From Dimorphilus gyrociliatus (taxonomy: Eukaryota > Animalia > Annelida), in the NCBI GenBank assembly GCA_904063045.1, contig CAJFCJ010000003.1, positions 2,156,504 through 2,220,503 on the forward strand: a DNA stretch of 64,000 nt. The letters run 5' to 3'. The notes beneath the pieces were generated by a model. That model saw nothing but the letters and a program-made list of their open reading frames with translations. It made no database searches and had not been told where the DNA came from. How positions within the stretch are numbered: position 1 is the stretch's first letter; every line of letters begins with the position of its first letter. This document shows positions 59,101 through 64,000 of the stretch, in pieces. The translations under genes were made by a program, and so were the position numbers.

Positions 59101-62100
59101 TTCAAACTGTTCGTTCTCTGCTCTACATTCCAAAAGAAGTTCACAAGGAGCAAATGATGAAGAGCAATTAAGTAATTCTCCTATTTTCCGTTTTTCATCC
59201 AAATCAAAGCTTTCGCAAATATTGTTGCAGTGCTCCTCGAATTTAACTAATCTAGTTCGATTCCTCGGCAAGTATTTCTCATTTAGGTTGAATTCATCAT
59301 AGACATAGTTTGTTGCCTCATCCCAAGGTTTATCTCTATGTATACGAATGCTACATTCCTGTAGCTCAGTTTCACCAGGTAAACAACAGTATGCTTTAAT
59401 CTAATATTGGTATTAACTTGTTTTAGTGAGGCAATAGTACACATTTTTAAGAAATAAAAATTACGCGAATTCTTTCATTTTCTAATTCCTTTTCACGTTT
59501 CTCAAGCTCTTCATCTTCTTGTATCTTACTTATTTCCTTTTTTATATGCTCCGGAAATTCTTGTTCCGACAAAAAATCTGAAAGATAAAAATATTACAGT
59601 TGTTTATATCCATATATTATTGATTTAGCGAAATTGTTACTAAAAAGTAATGATTTTTTACATTAAAACCACTAAACTATCGTTGTTCAGACACCAGAGA
59701 TACGAGGAATTATATTTTTAATTGTCTAAATTAGTTTTTAATAACGAAATTGCGTTTTTCTCGTATTGTCGGTTAAAAATTCATAAAAAATATTTCACAC
59801 CTTCGTTTGAGTTGACTTTACGATAAAACAGCATGTACGCATTAGCTGAAGAAGTTGTTGAGGAGTAGAGGGCCGAATATGAGCTTCCACCATATGTTCT
59901 CTCTATATCTTCGGGTGATATCTTTTTAAATAACGTAAATATCAGTCATAAAATACGATATTGCTTCTTTACAGGTACATATACACGTCTAACGAGTACA
60001 AATAACAGTCTAGGACATGAAATCATTCGTTGAATGATCTAAATTTCAGAGCAAATAAATGTACTTATACCATTTACCTTTTGGACGTTTTGATCGTTGA
60101 AGCAATACCATTCATTATCCCTGAAATTTTTTATATATGCGTAGTAATGCCCTCCTATAGCACTTCCAGAGTGTATCATTATAGAAAATAAATCATAAAC
60201 GTTTGTTTTTTCCAAATTGCTCTCTCCAGAGTCTGCAAATCTTTAATTAAATTTGGCTTAGATTATTTTTCAAACTACCTTTTCCGTTACTCGTTTCGTC
60301 AGACTTCTTTTGCGTTGACTTTTCAAGACTATTAAGATCACCATAAACATCGCCTTTGCATCTTCCGTTGCTTTTATCACTCTCTTCATGGATCAACTTA
60401 TTTAAAAAAAGTGTAGTTGGAAATTCCATGCGATTGTTTAGCTTAATGCGATGCATTGTTTGATAGTCAAAATCGAACCGTTTCAGTTGTAACGTAAGAA
60501 GGTGCGGTAATTTTTTAAATTTTAAACCTTTATGAGCATCTCGCTTTTCTTTGCATTTGCTACATTCATACTGATTCGGCTCTTCTAGTTTTTCAGGCGT
60601 GACGAATGCTTCTAGGGACTCCATCTGAAAATTAATAAAATCTGTATTTTTATGGTAAGGACATAAATTTATACAAATTATGAAATATCTTGTCGTATCA
60701 TTAGATCTTTGCACTTACTACAGATCGATGAGATATGTCGGATCCAAAGGGGCGAATTACTAGAGGAATATCTAAAAACGTGTCTTCTCTTGCACTCTCG
60801 TAACCACATTCGAGGCACTTGACATAATCTATGATGTATCCTTGATACAGCTTATTGATCAAATTAGCTTGATCCGTCTCAGCCCATTGGGTTTCTAGAG
60901 CATCAAACATGACTCTGCACAGTTCTTGGACATCATGTTGTTGCCAAGCTGAACAAAAAAAAAAGACATCTCTGTCACTTATTATCATTTAACATCGATT
61001 AAATTTGCTACCTTCAGAGCTTTCCCAGCCGAAGCTTTTCGTTAAGTTTGTTGTTTCAACGGCCCTTTTTTTACTCGTCTATTGGTATAATTGAAGATTT
61101 TTTTTTAAATTTATAATAAACATACGAGAAGTAAATAGTATACGCACTTGCATGTTTAGAAAGAGTCTCTGAAGTTGATATGGAATACTTTTATGACATG
61201 ATTTATCTTGGCCTCTTGAAATTTCTGACTGTTTAGGGATGTATTTCCATCTGTATAAAAAGCAGCAGTGAACTTGAATATCTCCCCATCACGAAATATT
61301 TGAAAAAAACCTGTATATGGCATTCCTGAACTCTGGAGTCATGTACAAAGTCTGCAACAAACTATTCAAGTAACAAGTCATAGCCTGATTAACTAAACCA
61401 GTAAATCCTGCAAAATAAATTAGGACAGTTAGATATCTTGTATCTCTCCATTATGTGGTTGATATATGATTTTTAAAAGATTAAGTTTTTTAAAGTAAAT
61501 CTTTACCCCCATCGTTCGAGGAATTCGAAGTGAAGACTGAATGGGGAAGAATTGTAGTCCGTTTAGAACCTTTGGAGAGAATAGTATTTTCACCGCTAAT
61601 TAATGAGGCTCCAGTTTCCAGATCATCGGAGGCATCAACCATTTCTTTTTCAACCTTGACTCCGTCTTTCTCCAATATTAGGAATTGATTACGTGTACCT
61701 CTGTCACAAATATCGCCTAGGGTTTTCGTTCGTTCTTCCTCTTCAACAGTTATCTGATATAACATGATTAGAATAAAATATGAGACGAAGATGAGTATAA
61801 ACGAAGCCTACATTTTCTTCCTGGTTGAGCTTTTCTAATGAAACTGAGAAAGTTCCGATGACGTAACCAAATTGTTTAGCTACTATTTTCAGAAACTCTT
61901 CTAACGTAGTGTTCTCATTCAGATTTATGTTTTTCTTCACCTGGGTATTTTTATCAACAAAATCCGCTAACATACAGACCACATTTCTATCATTAACACT
62001 GGTCGAATTCTGCAAAAAAAATTTAAGGTACATTAATGAGATAAGAAATTTTTGAAGTTTTCGTCGTAATATTTCACTAGTACCTCGTCTGATAGCATTA

Positions 62101-62176
62101 AAGGACCATCACACATTTTCATGTCCCTTATGGTATCTTTATTTGGCGAGTTCAGTACGTTGTTTTCAACAGTCAT
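53158..62176 (-). CDS. USP47: Ubiquitin carboxyl-terminal hydrolase 47, multi-exon
   Basis: Cys box [16 protein letters not shown]; [18 protein letters not shown]; [12 protein letters not shown]; His box [15 protein letters not shown]; last exon RKEKALKIY. Confidence 0.93.
56142..56157 (+). promoter_or_regulatory. Overlapping YY1-like (AAGATGGCG) and NRF1-like (GCGCATGCGC) motifs upstream of the nested GPCR
   Basis: Exact consensus matches about 40-55 nt before the ATG at 56195, in otherwise very AT-rich DNA. Confidence 0.45.
56195..57307 (+). CDS. Rhodopsin-type peptide GPCR (FMRFamide-receptor-like), intronless, nested in a USP47 intron
   Basis: N-glycosylation sequons NRT and NST; GFIGN; LAVVDN; [11 protein letters not shown]; LYNSPRLFE; [10 protein letters not shown]; seven TM helices. 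Confidence 0.92.
   Translation: MSNRTNSTSPSEVCNEFKKFSNFRIVIDLGIVLPVCLIGFIGNMVAYYILKVHKANSVVTTLLRCLAVVDNFYLFASVCVPVFKTACDVTNIGDSPYCYYYVLSEPYFWTFASCSQTAANWLILLITIDRYIAICHPFHPYKLTNSSRARLCAFVVICLAVLYNSPRLFEYDGTATSVIDLCTNKSRYIKNATKMRRDGSYFIFYKVIAYFLFRAVGPIFTLFVLNLKLIQCVKEAQQRRVTLTRTIQQKVKSQRILTITLIGVVSASILLQLPNAAVRAALSAMFLMKVKLNQLKYAATFTNMLLVLNSAINCAIYCLTGRQFRKFLIKKCCGCTIKNKTTVVYRATFGHRRSGRALATVPLTRETTKV
58805..58907 (-). repeat. Local duplicate of a USP47 exon 3' half plus donor (source 59437-59538)
   Basis: About 103 nt with about 8 differences relative to 59437-59538. Confidence 0.9.
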
Positions 62177-62372
62177 TGCACAACATCATGGGTATGAGCG
62201 ATAAAACATGAATATATCAAATCGATACGAAGGAGAGCGAGGCCAAAAGAAAAATAGCCAAATCAGGATTATTTTTCTATGATGCTATTATTCTAAAATT
62301 ATTTAATTTTCACAAAATAATTAAATAAATAATATTTAGTTTTACAAAATAAAAAATCACTGCTGGCCTGTT

Positions 62373-62386
62373 GTTTCCAAGACAGC
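62373..62386. promoter_or_regulatory. RFX X-box upstream of SPAG6
   Basis: Reverse complement GCTGTCTTGGAAAC has one mismatch to RTHNYYWTRRNRAC, about 72 nt before the ATG. Confidence 0.55.
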
Positions 62387-62458
62387 AGAATTTAAACGTA
62401 AACAGGCATATTAACAATTAGAAAGAGTTTGCCTTTTTTTAAAGTAAAATTTACCAAA

Positions 62459-64000
62459 ATGAGCCAAAGGCAGGTTTTACAAGGTAAAAATTGTTGTATG
62501 TTAATTTATAAAATATTTAATGTTATATTTTTTGTACAGTTTTTGAACAATATCAAAAATCAAGAACACAATTTGTCCAAACTGTAGCCGAATTAGCCAC
62601 CCGGCCTCAGAATATTGAGATTCTACAGAATGCTGGTGTTATGTCACTTCTTAGACCTCTCCTTCTTGATATTGTACCAACTATACAACAAACGGCTGCT
62701 CTAGCTTTGGGAAGATTGGCCAACTATAATGACGATCTGGCTGAGGCTGTTGTCAAAGGTGATATTTTACCTCAATTGGTTTATTCTTTAGCGGAGCAAA
62801 ATGTTAGTATTACTTTCGATTCCCTACTTTATAAAGTGTTAACTTATTAATGAAACTTTTAGAGATTCTATAAGAAAGCTGCCGCATTTGTACTAAGAGC
62901 GGTTGCTAAGCACTCACCGGCTCTCGCCCAATCTGTAGTTGATTGCGGAGCTTTGGACGCTCTTGTTATTTGTCTTGAAGAATTTGATCCCGGAGTTAAG
63001 GAGGCAGCTGCTTGGGCTCTAGGCTACATTGCGAGACATTCGGCTGAATTGGCTCAACATGTCGTTGACGCTGGTGCCGTTCCATTGCTTGTTCTTTGCG
63101 TGCAAGAGCCAGAGATTTCCTTAAAAAGAATAGCAGCTTCTGCCCTCAGTGATATATGCAAACACTCTCCAGAATTAGCCCAAACAGTCGTTGATGCTGG
63201 GGCTATAGCACACTTAGCTCAAATGATTCTTAATCCAGATGCAAAGTTGAAAAGACAAGTATTCTCTGCTCTTAGTCAAATCGCTAAGCACTCTGTAGAC
63301 TTGGCTGAGATGGTAGTTGAGGCAGAAATTTTTCCCGCCGTTCTTACTTGTCTAAGGGATCAAGATGAATATGTAAAAAAAAATGTGGCAACTCTCATAA
63401 GAGAAATCGCAAAGCATACTCCAGAGTTGAGTCAATTGATTGTCAATGCCGGTGGAGTAGCAGCGGTTGTGGACTACGTTGGAGAAACAAGAGGAAATGT
63501 TCGTTTGCCAGGTGTAATGATGCTTGGATATGTTGCGGCGCATAGCGAAAACTTAGCAATGGCTGTAATAGTTTCAAAAGGAGTCGTGCAGTTATCCGTC
63601 TGTTTATCAGAAGAAAGTGAGGATCATGTCCAGGCGGCTTGTGCATGGGCTTTAGGGCAAATTGGAAGACACACTCCCGAACACGCAAAAGCAGTTGCCG
63701 TTGCCAACGTCCTTCCTCGTTTGTTGCGTTGCTATTTAAGACCTGATGCCTCAGAAGACCTTCAAACAAAATCTAAGAAAGCTCTTAAAAACATACTACA
63801 GAAGTGTGTCCATCTTCCTGCCCTAGAGCCACTCTTACATGACGCTCCTCCGAATATTCTTAAACACGTTGTAGGCCAATTTAGTAAAGTTTTACCTCAC
63901 GATACTAAAGCAAGAAAATTATTTGTCACATCTTGTGGTTTGAAGAAAGTTCAGGAGATAAAGGCAGAACCCGGCTCTGCTTTAGCTGAATACATTAACG
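62459..64000 (+). CDS. SPAG6: Sperm-associated antigen 6 / PF16 (axonemal armadillo-repeat protein); runs off the window
   Basis: MSQRQVLQ|VFEQYQKSRTQFVQTVAELATRPQNIE; LLRPLLLDIVPTIQQTAALALGRLANYNDDLAEAVV. A long open exon from about 62863 to the end is missed by the ORF track because it has no stop. Confidence 0.97.

Noticed and set aside
63443-63769. 108-aa minus-strand ORF
   Set aside because: Antisense shadow of the conserved SPAG6 exon.
1-64000. tRNA, rRNA, snRNA genes or transposase/reverse-transcriptase ORFs
   Set aside because: No recognisable signatures by eye. Covariance-model and repeat-library searches would be needed to exclude short or degenerate elements.

Overview
AT-rich, very gene-dense animal genomic DNA with GT-AG introns mostly 45-120 nt and intergenic gaps often under 300 nt. 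The gene content (annelid-type SUEL-CUB protein, peptide GPCR, GT92) and compactness suggest a lophotrochozoan, possibly the miniature annelid Dimorphilus gyrociliatus (inference, not verified). I can support about 27 protein-coding genes: SUEL-CUB-sushi-like protein, RCL1, a ComEC/Pce-type metallo-beta-lactamase, AdipoR, PRCC, PPIL2, an atypical Rho, PACRG, TMEM161, a giant Cys-rich repeat protein, PISD, an annexin, TMEM39, alpha-L-fucosidase, GT92, ELAC2, NUS1, PSMD6, an ENPP6-like protein, a GT31 protein, an EGF-TSP1 membrane protein, USP47 with a nested antisense GPCR, SPAG6, and three orphan genes. Highlights: (1) a 992-aa, about 33% Cys metallothionein-like ORF built from 19 near-identical 141-bp units whose only internal variant is synonymous; (2) a secreted, intron-containing enzyme of the bacterial ComEC/Pce family (candidate horizontal transfer); (3) apparent pseudoenzymes (ENPP6-like lacking one Zn site, GT31 lacking its DxD and EDV motifs, Rho lacking catalytic switch residues); (4) a GPCR and a duplicated exon fragment inside a 3.6-kb USP47 intron; (5) readable cis-elements (RFX X-boxes, CLEAR boxes, CTCF-like motifs). 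No rRNA, tRNA, CRISPR array or recognisable transposon was found. Gene names come from recalled family motifs, not database searches, and exon boundaries were called by hand.
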